Made by a program: the position numbers and the translations under genes. A DNA stretch of 63,079 nt, filler included, from Octopus bimaculoides (Eukaryota), in NCBI RefSeq assembly GCF_001194135.2. It is 4 parts of 3 records of this genome, joined end to end, with 100 filler letters (N's around TTAATTAATTAA, not from the genome) between each part and the next. Parts side by side here need not be neighbours in the genome. Positions count along the whole stretch, not along the records: positions 9,911 to 31,575 come from NC_068983.1; 3 more parts are not named here. One strand, given 5' to 3'. Of this stretch, positions 13,045 to 24,644 are shown in pieces. Positions within the stretch are counted from its first letter, which is position 1; each line of letters opens with the position of its first letter. Under the pieces are notes generated by a model. That model had not been told where the DNA came from. It saw nothing but the letters and a program-made list of their open reading frames with translations, and ran no database searches.

Positions 13045-13493
13045 GCCTGAGTGCCGGAGTCGCCACTGATATTGTTGGCATCCTTTTGTCTCAGGAGACA
13101 ATGGAGTTGCGCATAAACTAATCCAGTCTGGTTTTTACATTTCACGTCCTCTCCAGTTTCCTCTCCAGTTTTGCACAGGCCTGGGCTAGATGTAAGGAAA
13201 TCCTGGGTAGCTCAATCGTCAGGATTCCTCTCTCGACCTTGCTGACATAGTCCAAAGGAGTGCAGAGCATTACGTTTGGCACCAGCTTGGTTGCAGGAGC
13301 TGCCGGAAGAGTGTCGAGTCGAACACTAAACCGCCTATGGGGCTCCAGTCCAGGTTTCTTTGAAGGTTGTCTCGTTTCCGCAACCCTAGATAGGGGCCCA
13401 TACCGGGTACTGTCAGCTGGAGCCAACTGAGCCCGGGACTCGTGTCAGGCAGAGTCGTCACTCACTGAAGTAGCGAAGAAAATTGCTACCCAC
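13045..13493 (-). mobile_element. Probable 5' region of an RTE-like LINE
   Basis: GC-rich interspersed block between a SINE tail stub and (TA)n. Short ORF segment LPAAPATKLVPNVMLCT resembles RTE 5' regions from recall only. Confidence 0.35.
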
Positions 13494-13514
13494 TGATATA
13501 TATATATATATATG

Positions 13515-14460
13515 GCGACTCTGGCGCTCAGGCTTTTCGGGTTTAGCCCGAGTATAAAGGGTATGCGTTTGCAATCCAGGAACAGGAAATATCAACCAAG
13601 TACCTGATGCACAAAAGGGATAGAAATACAGGTAAAGCCGGAAAGTGTGACAACCGATGCAGATTTTGTGGAGTTCACACCGAAGATATCACCCACATCA
13701 TAAGCAGTTGTCCGAAAACGTCATCACAGTATTATCTACCGATGAGACATGATATTGTAGGTAGAACACTCTATAATGAAATCCGTAGGAAGGATGATCC
13801 CGAGGACAAGGAAATAAAAACCAACAATATGGTAGAAGCCATGGCCACTCATGATAAAAAGGAATACTGGTGGAATGTACCAGTGAAGACCTCAATAAAA
13901 TGTAAGCACAATAGACCCGATATAATGATTTGGGATAGAGTAGAGAAACTGTGTATAGTTGTGGAAATCAGCTGCCCGGTGGTTGTTAATATAAAGCTGA
14001 AGATCAGTGAAAAAGAGAACACCTATGATGAACTGTTGAGAAATCTGCAGTTACTCTATCCAGATTACAAGTTCAAGTTTATATCTGTAATTATTGGGGC
14101 ACTAGGATATGTAACATACTGCCCAAATACCAACCTTGAGCAATTAAGCTTCTCAAAACAAGAAAGGAGAAAGCTAACTCGAAGACTACAGATTCAATCC
14201 ATCACTGGAACTGTAAAAATCTGTAAAACTTTCCAGAAGTTTATCAGTTAAATATATATGAGCATGTCTAGATATGCAACTATATGCATGAGAATACATA
14301 CATAAAACATACAAATCTGCACATACATACATACATACATACATACATACATACCCTGTTGTTGATGTTGAAATTCCAATGAAGGAGCCTTGGATCTGGG
14401 TTAGAAACCGGTTCTTTCTCTATTGGCAAGAAATCTTGAAATAAACTGAATAATGACGTA
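13515..14460 (+). mobile_element. R4/Dong-clade non-LTR retrotransposon, 5'-truncated (zinc knuckle, restriction-like endonuclease, 3'UTR)
   Basis: ORF 13607-14251: CRFC...H...C knuckle, RHD, HNRPD..E.SCP..K..Y..L, IIGALG; preceded in frame by GYAFAIQEQEI; ends at (TACA)n. Confidence 0.92.
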
Positions 14461-14509
14461 CATACATACATACATACATACATACATACATACATACATA
14501 CAAACAACA

Positions 14510-14640
14510 AAGTCCACTCACAAGGTCTTGATTGGCCAGGAGTTATAGTGGAAAACACTTGTCCAAGATGCCACGCTGTGAGTTTGAACCCAAAACCACA
14601 TGCTTGAGTAGCAATCTTCTTAATAACACAATCACACCTT
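14510..14640 (-). mobile_element. SINE family A head, degenerate (matching tail stub at 13005-13045)
   Basis: Reverse of GGTTCAAACTC..CATCTTGGACAAGTG...CCTTGTGAGTGGA. Confidence 0.6.
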
Positions 14641-15059
14641 CAGATTTGGTAGATAATACTATTTTGCTTTTAAAGTCAAAAGTATTTAATTCTGCAATAA
14701 AAAATAAACTTTTCCGATATATTTAAAACATAAACCTCGAGATATTTATTGTTTCAGGTTTGTTAGCAATGATACTTTTTAATCTCCATATGTCATTTTT
14801 TTAATTGCTTTATATATACTTAGTGGTCGTAATCAAGCAATGAATGGTAGTGCAGTCAATAAAATAACTATACTTACTAATTTAATAATATTGGCCTTGT
14901 GCCTAGTCAAAAGTAATTTTTTTGTGGCATATAATTATGATAAATATACTAACTTTTACTTTATGGAGGACACACATAGATCTGTACGTACATATATATA
15001 TATATATAAACGCGCATTCACACACGCGCCCGCGCGAACACACATAATGTATGTGTGTG

Positions 15060-15245
15060 TAGCTAGCCACTACACATTCCTTTTTTTCTCTCCTTGTTTC
15101 TTTCTGTGTTCCTTTCTGTGGAAGAGCGTAAGTTCAAAACGTTAAAGACTTTTTCAATTCCCCAGCATTATACTAATACATCTCTTTGTTGTCTACACCA
15201 CCAGTCTTCGTCTTTTGTTTTGTTTTGTTTTTTGTGAATTCTACC

Positions 15246-15248
<3 letters not shown>
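15060..15248 (+). mobile_element. Penelope-like terminal repeat with degenerate hammerhead-like motif
   Basis: CTTT-CTGTGGA-A-GAGC gtaa GTTC-AAAA-CGTT-AAAG; homologous copies at 25878-26055 and 56700-56840 on the minus strand. Confidence 0.6.
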
Positions 15249-15287
<39 letters not shown>

Positions 15288-15297
15288 NNNNNNNNNN

Positions 15298-16647
15298 GTC
15301 CCAAAAGTAACTGATGGGTTTTAATTTTTAATAACTTCGTTAATTTTATAAATAAGTGCCTGAAATTTTGATACGATATAAAGAACATAATTAAAATTAA
15401 TATGTACAAGTCACATTTTGCAACATCGCTATATCACATATGAAAAATGACATCACTTAAATGGCAACCATTTTCAGCTTTGCACGACCGTGCTTTTTCC
15501 AAAACTTGCTCCATAACACCCTCAAGAGTTTCAGACCCCACTTCTCTGATTTCTCTATTGATGTTCTCCTTCAGCTGCACCAGGGTCCCGATTTTGTTGA
15601 CGTAAACCCTCTCTTTCTGGTATCCCCACAAGAAAAAACTCCGGGCTTGTCAAGTCTGGGGCGCGTGAAGGCCAGTTGACATTGCTGTAGTGGGAGATTA
15701 TTTTCTCTCCAAAGCACTGCCATAGCAACTGCATTGTTTCTCTTGCGGTATGAGCAGTTGCCTCATCTTACTGGAACCATGTGTGAGGTCTCTTTTGAAT
15801 GGCCTTCACGTTCTCCAGACTTGACTAGCCTGGATTTTTTCTTGCGGGGTTACCTGAAAGAGAGGGTTTACGTCAACAAAATCGGGACCCTGGTGCAGCT
15901 GAAGGAGAACATCAATAGAGAAATTAGAGAAGTGAGGTCTGAAACTCTTGAGGGTCTTATGGTGCTGCAAGTTTTGAAAAAAGCACAGGCGTGCAAAGCC
16001 GAAAATGACTGCCATTTAAGCGATGTCATTTTTCATATGTNNNNNNNNNNGTCCCGATTTTGTTGACGTAAACCCTCTCTTTCTGGTATCCCCACAAGAA
16101 AAAACTCCGGGCTTGTCAAGTCTGGGGCGCGTGAAGGCCAGTTGACATTGCTGTAGTGGGAGATTATTTTCTCTCCAAAGCACTGCCATAGCAACTGCAT
16201 TGTTTCTCTTGCGGTATGAGCAGTTGCCTCATCTTACTGGAACCATGTGTGAGGTCTCTTTTGAATGGCCTTCACGTTCTCCAGACTTGACTAGCCTGGA
16301 TTTTTTCTTGCGGGGTTACCTGAAAGAGAGGGTTTACGTCAACAAAATCGGGACCCTGGTGCAGCTGAAGGAGAACATCAATAGAGAAATTAGAGAAGTG
16401 AGGTCTGAAACTCTTGAGGGTCTTATGGTGCTGCAAGTTTTGAAAAAAGCACAGGCGTGCAAAGCCGAAAATGACTGCCATTTAAGCGATGTCATTTTTC
16501 ATATGTGATGTAGGGGTGTTGCAAAATTTGACTTGTGCATATTAATTTCCATTATGTCCTTTATATTGTATCAAAATTTTAAGTATTTATTTGTAAAATT
16601 AAGGAAGTTATTAAAAATTGAAACCCATCGGTGACGTTTTGGACAGT
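15298..16647. mobile_element. Tc1/mariner DD41D-type element made of two inverted 3' halves; ~450 bp apparently duplicated across the 10-N gap
   Basis: Minus arm encodes QD-41aa-E (WPSRAPDLTSPEFFLWGY), plus arm WPSRSPDLTSLDFFLRGYLKERVY. Matching termini CCAAAA.T.AC.GATGGGTTT at both ends. 15584-16020 is repeated from 16051. Confidence 0.85.
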
Positions 16648-16683
16648 CTGCCACATATAAGTGGCAAATATACTTCTCGATAA

Positions 16684-16720
<37 letters not shown>

Positions 16721-17071
16721 GCGTGCATGTGCGATTATATATGTATATACATATATATATGTGTACATGTGTATGTATGCATATGAATGGATGCATTTCC
16801 TCTTACTTCCTTCGATCAATATACTACGGCCGTACCTTGGAACTGTCTGAAAGGCCATTTAGTCAAGCATTTAATAATTCTATTTCAAGTTTGGTACTTA
16901 ATTTAATGACATCTGTTTATCGTTTCTTTAAGGCATGGGACATAAATGCACGCCCCATTTTTCACGCGTTTTCAAACGTTTAGCGCTAGATATGTATGTG
17001 CCTGTAGGCATATACGTACACACACAAACACATGCACCACACACACAGACACACACACATACATACATATA

Positions 17072-17116
<45 letters not shown>

Positions 17117-17268
17117 GTCTTTTTGTCTGGCATCCTAACGATCCTAATGACTTACAACCCTCATATATCAAGTGACAGGTATTTTTTATAGAAGCGCTTT
17201 CATTTTGCTGCCAATCTACCTGCTAAAAATAGCAGCAAATCTTTCTCAAATTTCATTTTACTGTATAG

Positions 17269-17478
17269 ATAGCGAGTTGACAGAATCGTTCGCACACCGG
17301 ACAAAATACTTAGCAGTACTTCGTCCGACTTAACGTTTGGAACTCAAACTCCGCCGAGTCAAATCTGTCTTTTATCGTTTCGGGGTCGATAGAATAAGTA
17401 CCATTGAAGCACTGGAGTCGATGTAATTGAATTGCGCCTCCCCGAAAAATTTCAAACTCTGTACCTTTATTAGAAAGA
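17269..17478 (+). mobile_element. tRNA-derived SINE family D
   Basis: GAGTTGACAGAATCGTT..AAATACTTAGC..AACTCAAACTCC..TTTCGGGGTCGATAGAATAAGTACC..GGAGTCGATGTAAT. Confidence 0.8.
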
Positions 17479-17899
17479 AAAACAATTGCACTTTACTCTA
17501 GGTTATATAGACCGGGACATACAAAAAGCAATAATTATAACATAGTTATATTTACTGTTTATAAATTAGATTAATTTTTGTTTCACACCCGTTTACATAA
17601 TTCTGGAGAGTTCTGGGCTTAGTCACAAATTACATACCGACCACCCACATTGCCACGTTTTATTAATTATTTGATAATTTCTCAGTTATCAACGATCTTC
17701 CCCCCCACCCACACACACAAAAGTTTATGTCAAGTTGCAGCCTCGACTCGCTAGCCTTCGTCAGTCAATCTGTCGCTTCTCCTCTTGTAAAAGTTTAATA
17801 AACATATCATATATAATATACATTTTATCATAATATATATTAAATATATATATTATATACAATATATATTAAATATATTTTAAATATGGTAATATTTAA

Positions 17900-18236
17900 T
17901 ATTTGCTTCCCAACCACAAGGTTTCGGGTTCAGTCCCACTGCGTGGCACCTCGAGCCGACGAAAGTCTTGTGAGTGAATTTGGTAGAGGGAAACTAAGAG
18001 ACGTCCGGTATGTTCTGTCCGTTTGTCTTTGTGTTTGTGTCTCTCCCCACAATCACCGCTTAACCATTGGTACTAATTTGTTTACCTCTCAGTAACTTAG
18101 AGGTTCGGCAAAAGGAGCCCGATAGAAAGGACCAGGCTTGAAAATTAGTACTGAAGTAGATTTGTTCGGCCCAACCTTTCAAGGCGGAACTCCAGAAACA
18201 GCTGTTGTTCGATGGCTAAAACAAGATAAAAATAAA
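17900..18236 (+). mobile_element. SINE family A, degenerate
   Basis: GGGTTCAGTCCCACTGCGTGGCACC...GTGAGTGAATTTGGTAGA...tail AAACAAGATAAAAATAAAAGA. Confidence 0.7.
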
Positions 18237-18333
18237 AGATATATTTATCAATGATAACCAAATATTAAATGTAACTAACCAGCAAGAATAAACAGATTAT
18301 ATCACGTTATATTAGATGTATATGACATTTATA

Positions 18334-18621
18334 TCAGGCTGGGTAAAAAGTAAGCAACGTTTTGAAAGATGAAATTTTATCACAATTTATTTCAGCAATG
18401 CTCTTTTACTCTTTTACTTGTTTCAGTCATTTGACTGTGGCCATGCTGGAGCACCGCCTTTAGTCGAGCAAATCGACCCCAGGACTTATTCTTTGTAAGC
18501 CTAGTACTTATTCTATCAGTCTCTTGTGTCGAACCGCTAGTTTACGGGGACGTAAACACACCACCATCGGTTGTCAAGCGATGCTAGGGGGACAAACACA
18601 GACACACAAACACACACATAG

Positions 18622-18686
<65 letters not shown>

Positions 18687-19915
18687 CGACGGGCTTATTT
18701 CAATTTCCGTCTACCAAATCCACTCACAAGGCTTTGGTCGGCCCGAGGCTATAGTAGAAGATACTTGCCCAAGGTGCCACGTAGTGGGACTGAACCCGGA
18801 ACCATGTGGTTGGTAAGCAAGCTACTTACCACACAGCCACTCCTGCGCCTATGCGGAAATGTTATTCATTAAAATAAGTACCATTACAATCAACACATTT
18901 TTGCCAACGAGTTACCAGTTTGTATATTCCGGTAACATAAAAAAACTGGAGTTCTGGAGCTGATGAACTCTTGGAACGCGCTTTCAGCATTGGTTTGATT
19001 TTTTAACTCCTTCTCTTGCAGGAAGCTATCAAGGTGCTTGAAAAAGTGATAGCCGGTAGGAGAAAGGTCTGTGGAATTAGCTGGCTTATTCCCTAAATTT
19101 CTGGGGCGTCATTAGTGAAACGTGTGGCTGATCATTATCATGAAGACTAATTGGCCCTCTTATGTTGAGCAGTCTGGGACGGAGGACTAGCAGTTTTTCG
19201 TTCATTTTGGCAATTTCATGACAATATTTCTGCAGTAATGGTTTTTCTGGGTTCTAAGAAGTTATAGTGAATGGGTCCAGCAGTACACCACCAAACAGTC
19301 ACCATAACTTTCTTTTTGGAGAGCTCGAGTTTAGGGAAAGTTTTCGGTGCTCCATTTTGGTCCAACCTCTGCGAAGAATGTTTTTTTTTTTAATTATTAT
19401 TGTACAGAATCCATTTTTCATCGAAAGAAGAAGCGACGAGCAAATTTCATATCTGCACATTTTCTGATTTTCATTCAAATCGTATTGTACCCATTTGTCA
19501 AGCTTTTTTTTATTTTCCTATCGCATGCAAATGGTTGCAGGCAGTTTTCCTGCGCACTTGAAGTTCTTTTGCCAGATCTCGAGTGATTTTACGTGGATCT
19601 TTCTCATTAACGGTCTTTAATTGACCGTCATCGATGACAGATGGTCGTCCACTACGCTCACGATCTTCAAGGTTCAGGTCTCCACTGCAAAATCGTTTAA
19701 GCCATTTTCGAGCTGACCACTCACTGGTCATTTCTTCATCAAACGCTTCGTTGATATCGCGAGCAGTTTCAGTTGCTTTACATCCGTTTCTGAAGTTGAA
19801 CAGCAAAATTGCTCGAATATCGCGCTCTGACAGTTCCATTTCAGATGATTGTAACAACAGTGAAAAATGTTGTGCATGTCTAGTAATATTACGAGCATGA
19901 AATTAGCATTAGCTT
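18334..19915 (-). pseudogene. mariner (DD34D-type) transposase pseudogene with a SINE insertion
   Basis: MELSERDIRAILLFNFRNGCKATETARDINEAF...EDRERSGRP HTH region; downstream frameshifted LHDN..PH and YHFFKHLDSFL motifs; TA plus TIR-like end at 18334. Confidence 0.9.
18401..18850 (-). mobile_element. Full-length young SINE family A inserted into the mariner remnant
   Basis: Near-consensus head GGCGCAGGAGTGGCTGTGTGG through tail AAGTAAAAGAGTAAAAGAG. Confidence 0.93.
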
Positions 19916-19994
19916 ATCTCATTCTTTCTCGCGGAACCCCCAGGAACCTTTTGTGGAACTCTAAGGTTCCGAAGAACCCCGGTTGAGAAACGCT

Positions 19995-20169
19995 AAGTCT
20001 ATGTCCGGTCATAGAATGATCAATGGTTTCGCATCTACAAATAACTTAGCTCCATCGACGTCTCAACAGACTCTAAAGTCAAAGACAAATATAAGTATTC
20101 ACCTTTGGGAGGCAGGAATTCGTTCGTTGATGCGAAACCTCTGGTCACTCTATGACCGGATATAGACTT
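19995..20169. mobile_element. MITE-like element with ~45-bp imperfect TIRs
   Basis: AAGTCTATGTCCGGTCATAGAATGATCAATGGTTTCGCATC pairs with GATGCGAAACCTCTGGTCACTCTATGACCGGATATAGACTT. Confidence 0.75.
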
Positions 20170-20242
20170 TACTACATATATATGTGCATGTGTGGCGGAG
20201 GAGAGAGAGAGTTTTTGAAGTAATGTCCCAATATTGTAAATA

Positions 20243-20442
20243 AGAATAACAAGGTAGTCTGAATGTTGGATGATTATATTTTTATTTACATTGTTAACGC
20301 TTTCTTCCATTATCTGATTCATCAAAAAAGTGGTTTACTGTAAACTACGTTTTTGATAAATCCGATAACGGAAGAAAGCGCTAAAAAAATGTAAGTAAAA
20401 TATATATATAATCATCCAATATTCAGACTACCTTGTTATTCT
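20243..20442. mobile_element. Foldback/MITE palindrome with ~100-bp arms
   Basis: AGAATAACAAGGTAGTCTGAATGTTGGATGATTATA... pairs with ...TATAATCATCCAATATTCAGACTACCTTGTTATTCT; centre GTTTAC-T-GTAAAC. Confidence 0.8.
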
Positions 20443-20444
20443 CA

Positions 20445-20493
<49 letters not shown>

Positions 20494-21192
20494 TGTATTA
20501 AATATAATATTTATTAAATAGAGCATGGAGTGAAATGAACTACCAATTGGCATAAATCTTAAGTTAGATATATGTTATATATAATATTTATTAACTGTTA
20601 ATTTTCGAAGTGTGTATTAAATATAAATAACATTAATATCTCGTAGTGGACTCAATCACCAAAATCTACTTAAGTTCACCCATTCCTTGTGTCTTCTGAA
20701 AAGAAATCAATAATCGCTAATTATTTCTATAATTCATTAATTTGACATTTACTATAATGGTGTTGAGTCAATTTTGGCAGTTTATTTTAAATAATGATGT
20801 CTTTGATCGTGCTAGTGTATGTGAGTGCATTTGAGTATGTATGTATATATCAGTATCTGTGTCTGTGTGTATATTCTAGTCTTTGTACGCACGTCTATGT
20901 GTCTGTATGCGAATGTCTATCGGTGTATAAGTGTGCCGGACTCTGCGCTTATGCGTGTAGATGTATTTGTGTGTATGTGTGTACGCACTTATGATGTCTG
21001 TAATTGTATGTGTGCCTTTGTAATGTTTATATGTGCCTCTGTGTGGGGGGTGTTAGTGTGTGTGTCCGCGCGCGCATGTGTGCGTTCGTGTGTTTGAGGG
21101 TATATCTCTTAATATACGCTATACAAAAATAAGAGCTACTGGATGGAGTGCTTTTTTTGTTGAACGGAAACAGTAGACTATGTATGTATGTT

Positions 21193-21998
21193 ATTATTCA
21201 GTTTATTTCAAGATTTCTTACCAATAAGGAAAGAGTTGGTTTCTAACCTACATCCAAGGCTCTTTCATTGGAATTTCAACATCAACAAAGTATTTATGTA
21301 TATATGTATGTTTTTATGTATACGTGTGGTTTTGTATGTTTTGTTTTATGTATAAATTCTCATGCATATAGTTGCATGCCTATACATGCTCATATATACT
21401 TAAATGATAAACTTTTGGAAAGTTTTACAGAGTTTAACAGTTCCAATAATGATTTGAATCTGTAGTCTTCGAATCAGATTCCTCCTTTCTGTTTTTGAGA
21501 AGCCTCATTTCTCAAGATTGGTATTTAGGTAATGTGTTACATATCCCAGGGCCCCAATAATTATAAACCTGAACTTGTAATCTGGATAGAGTAACTGCAA
21601 TTTCCCAATAGTTCAGTGTAGGCATTCTCTTTTTCACTGATCTACAGCTTTATGTTAACATCCACTGGTGAACTGATTTCCACAACAGTACACAGTTTCT
21701 CTCCTCTATTCCAAATCATTATTTCAGGTCTATTATGTTTACATTTTATTGATGTTTTCATTGGTACATTCCACCAGTACTCCTTTTTATTATGTGTGAC
21801 TATGGCTTCTACCATACTGTAAGTTCTTACTTCTTTGTCCTAGGGGTTATCCTTCCAACGGATTTCATTATAGAGTGTCCTCGCTACAATAATCATGTCT
21901 CGTTGGTAGATAATACCATGATGACATTTTCGGACAACTGCTTATAATGTGGGTGATATCACCGGTGTTAACTCCACAAAGTCTGTATCGGCTGTCAC
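21193..21998 (-). mobile_element. R4/Dong element 3' part (second copy, degenerate)
   Basis: Reverse-complement homologue of ~13650-14460 (RLE domain and 3'UTR), ending at (TACA)n in element orientation. Confidence 0.88.
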
Positions 21999-22000
21999 AT

Positions 22001-22305
22001 CTTTGTCGAGTTCAAAATGAAAAATGTTACATAAAAATTCAAAATTCTAGAAATTCAAATCCAAAATATGAACGAGAGCAGCCTGCGTCCCCACGTCGAT
22101 GGAATGACATCATAAGTCTTCAATTTTCAGGTTTACAACTTTTTATCTTTCTTTCTCTTTTTGCCAGTTGTAAAATTGAAAATTGAAGACTGATGATGTC
22201 ATTCCATCGATGTGGGGACGCTGGATGCTCTCGTTTATATTTTGGGTTTGAATTTCTACAATTTTCAATTTTTATGTATCACTTTTCATTTTGAACTCAA
22301 CAAAG
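22001..22305. mobile_element. Foldback element, ~140-bp inverted arms with a ~25-nt pyrimidine loop
   Basis: CTTTGTCGAGTTCAAAATGAAAA...GTCCCCACGTCGATGGAATGACATCAT...ACAACT pairs with AGTTGT...ATGATGTCATTCCATCGATGTGGGGAC...TTTTCATTTTGAACTCAACAAAG. Confidence 0.85.
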
Positions 22306-22416
22306 ACGAGCTAGCTGTGGAAATGTCGTCCAACCACTAAAATATCTATTGCAATCGCATCGCGCTCTTTGTATTGTCTATTTACCTTTGTGAAATTACG
22401 TCAATCCTTTTTAAAA

Positions 22417-22458
<42 letters not shown>

Positions 22459-22474
22459 CATTATTATATAACGC

Positions 22475-22610
22475 GGCAAGTCGGCAAGTCGGCAAGAACG
22501 TTAGCACGCCGGGCAAAATGCGATCGACTTCCATTCTTCGGAGTCGATGTAATCGACTAGCCCCTTGCCCCAAAATTTCAACATATTGTGCCTAATGCTA
22601 AAAGGATTAT
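22475..22610 (+). mobile_element. SINE family D with internal deletion
   Basis: GGCAAGAACGTTAGCACGCCGGGCAAAATGC...GGAGTCGATGTAATCGACT...CCAAAATTT. Confidence 0.65.
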
Positions 22611-23159
22611 TAATTGTATAGCGACCGATGATAGAATGTGTAAAGGACTAACAAAATAGGCTGCATTATTTAATTACCTCCTTTTACATTCTTAATTCAA
22701 TTCCGCAGAGGTCAGCTTTTCCTTTCATTCTTCAGGGATTGGTCAAAATAAATACCAAGTCAAATAAGGAAATCGTTTTTATCTGCTACGTACCCCTTCA
22801 ATCATCAAAATGTGTGGCCTTGTGCCTAGATTAGAAATTAGAAGTAGTAATAGTAATAGTAGTGGTGGTGGTGGTGGTGGTGGTATGAACACTAATACTG
22901 CTACCACATAAAAAAAACAAAAAAAACTTCAGTCGTATTGTAAGATACATTATCTGTGACATTTTCAAGTAGATTATCTTAATGGCGAAATCCTAGCCTA
23001 TTAATTTACGTATTAATTTATGAAGTAATCCAGTTATATATTGTAGCTCGTTAACTTGCTGAAACGGTTGCTAATTGTTGTTATTCATTTCCTCAATTAG
23101 TCCAGCTAATACACAATGAATACTTTGTTACTCTTGCCGCTCAGGTCTCAGGTCTACAG

Positions 23160-23211
<52 letters not shown>

Positions 23212-23609
23212 GGTGGTGGTGGTGGTGGTGATGATGATGATGATGATGATGATGNNNNNNNNNNNNNNNNNNNNNNNNNNNNNNNNNNNNNNNNNNNNNN
23301 NNNNNNNNNNNNNNNNNNNNNNNNNNNNNNNNNNNNNNNNNNNNNNNNNNNNNNNNNNNNNNNNNNNNNNNNNNNNNNNNNNNNNNNNNNNNNNNNNNNN
23401 NNNNNNNNNNNNNNNNNNNNNNNNNNNNNNNNNNNNNNNNNNNNNNNNNNNNNNNNNNNNNNNNNNNNNNNNNNNNNNNNNNNNNNNNNNNNNNNNNNNN
23501 NNNNNNNNNNNNNNNNNNNNNNNNNNNNNNNNNNNNNNNNNNNNNNNNNNNNNNNNNNNNNNNNNNNNNNNNNNNNNNNNNNNNNNNNNNNNNNNNNNNN
23601 NNNNNNNNN

Positions 23610-23770
23610 ATTGACCCCCAGTGCTCGACTGATACCTTTTTTTTTTTCCATCGACCCCGAAAGGATGAAAGGCAAAATCGACCTCGACGAGATTTTGAAT
23701 TCAGAACGTAAATTCAGACGAAGTGCTGCAAAGTCTTCTGTCGGGTGTGCTAACGATTCTGCTAGTTCGC
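23610..23770 (-). mobile_element. SINE family D
   Basis: Reverse of GGCGAACTAGCAGAATCGTTAGCAC...GTTCTGAATTCAAAA..GAGGTCGATTTTGCCTTTCATCCTTTCGGGGTCGAT. Confidence 0.8.
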
Positions 23771-24039
23771 CAATGTTTGCATGCAATAAGCATCATTACT
23801 TTGATAGAGAATACTCTCTCCTCGATAGAGCACTTCAAAGCCAAAGTTATTTTTCCTCAGAAAATTTCAGTAAGGACACATTTCACTGGAAAATAATCCT
23901 GACTGCCACTACTACTACAATAATCGTTGTAGTTGTACCTGCTATTTACCAACGTCGTAATAAGGGGACAGTGGTCAGTTATTTGAGTCAGTAATGTAGT
24001 TTGGCTGGCACGTACTATGGAATGTGTTGGAATGCCGCT

Positions 24040-24598
24040 AGCTGTGAAACCACGTGGTGGTCTTATATCATTCACGTTTTCATTTTTGTTTATAGAGTTG
24101 GGAAGAAGGTTAATTTTCGAAATTTTTAATGAAATTACAGTTACTAATTTTCTTCTTATTTTCTACAAATGTTGCTTGTTTGTGTAGTTGCTTCACCGAA
24201 AAATGATTTAATTCTGGGTGCAGATCGTCCCAATATGATTTCAATCGATTCATTTAGCCAACAGCGGGGTTTTGTTTCGCTTCTTCGTAGCAGTTAAATA
24301 GATCATTATTCAATTCATAATTCCAAGAGAAATGATTTTTGTAATCACAGTTTCTTCTATAACTACAGCTAGAAAGAATTTGTTTAATTATTGAGCTGTT
24401 GTTTTCGTTCTGTTCCTCGATTGTGTTGCTGTTGATGTTGTGTCCAGCCATGTTGTTTGTAGTAACGGTCTGCAAGCTAAATTCAAGTTTCAGTCGAAAA
24501 TCACAACGATCGTAAATAAAAGGCTCCCTCAGTTGATTCATCTGAAGATTAACCTTTTATTTAACGAGGCTGATAGTTGTGGTTCCAAAGTTGCAGAT
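24040..24598 (-). mobile_element. R4/Dong element 5' part (5'UTR and ORF N-terminus)
   Basis: ATG at 24451; WNYELNNDLFNCYEEAKQNPAVG*MNRLKSYWDDLHPEL resembles the R4/Dong N-terminal W..E.N..L..CY....GY..R..W...HP motif with one nonsense change; 5' flank is (TACA)n(TA)n. Confidence 0.7.
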
Positions 24599-24599
24599 T

Positions 24600-24644
<45 letters not shown>

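Noticed and set aside
16051-16508. Real tandem duplication of the DD41D transposase segment
   Set aside because: An essentially identical copy flanking a 10-N gap is typical of unmerged contig overlap.
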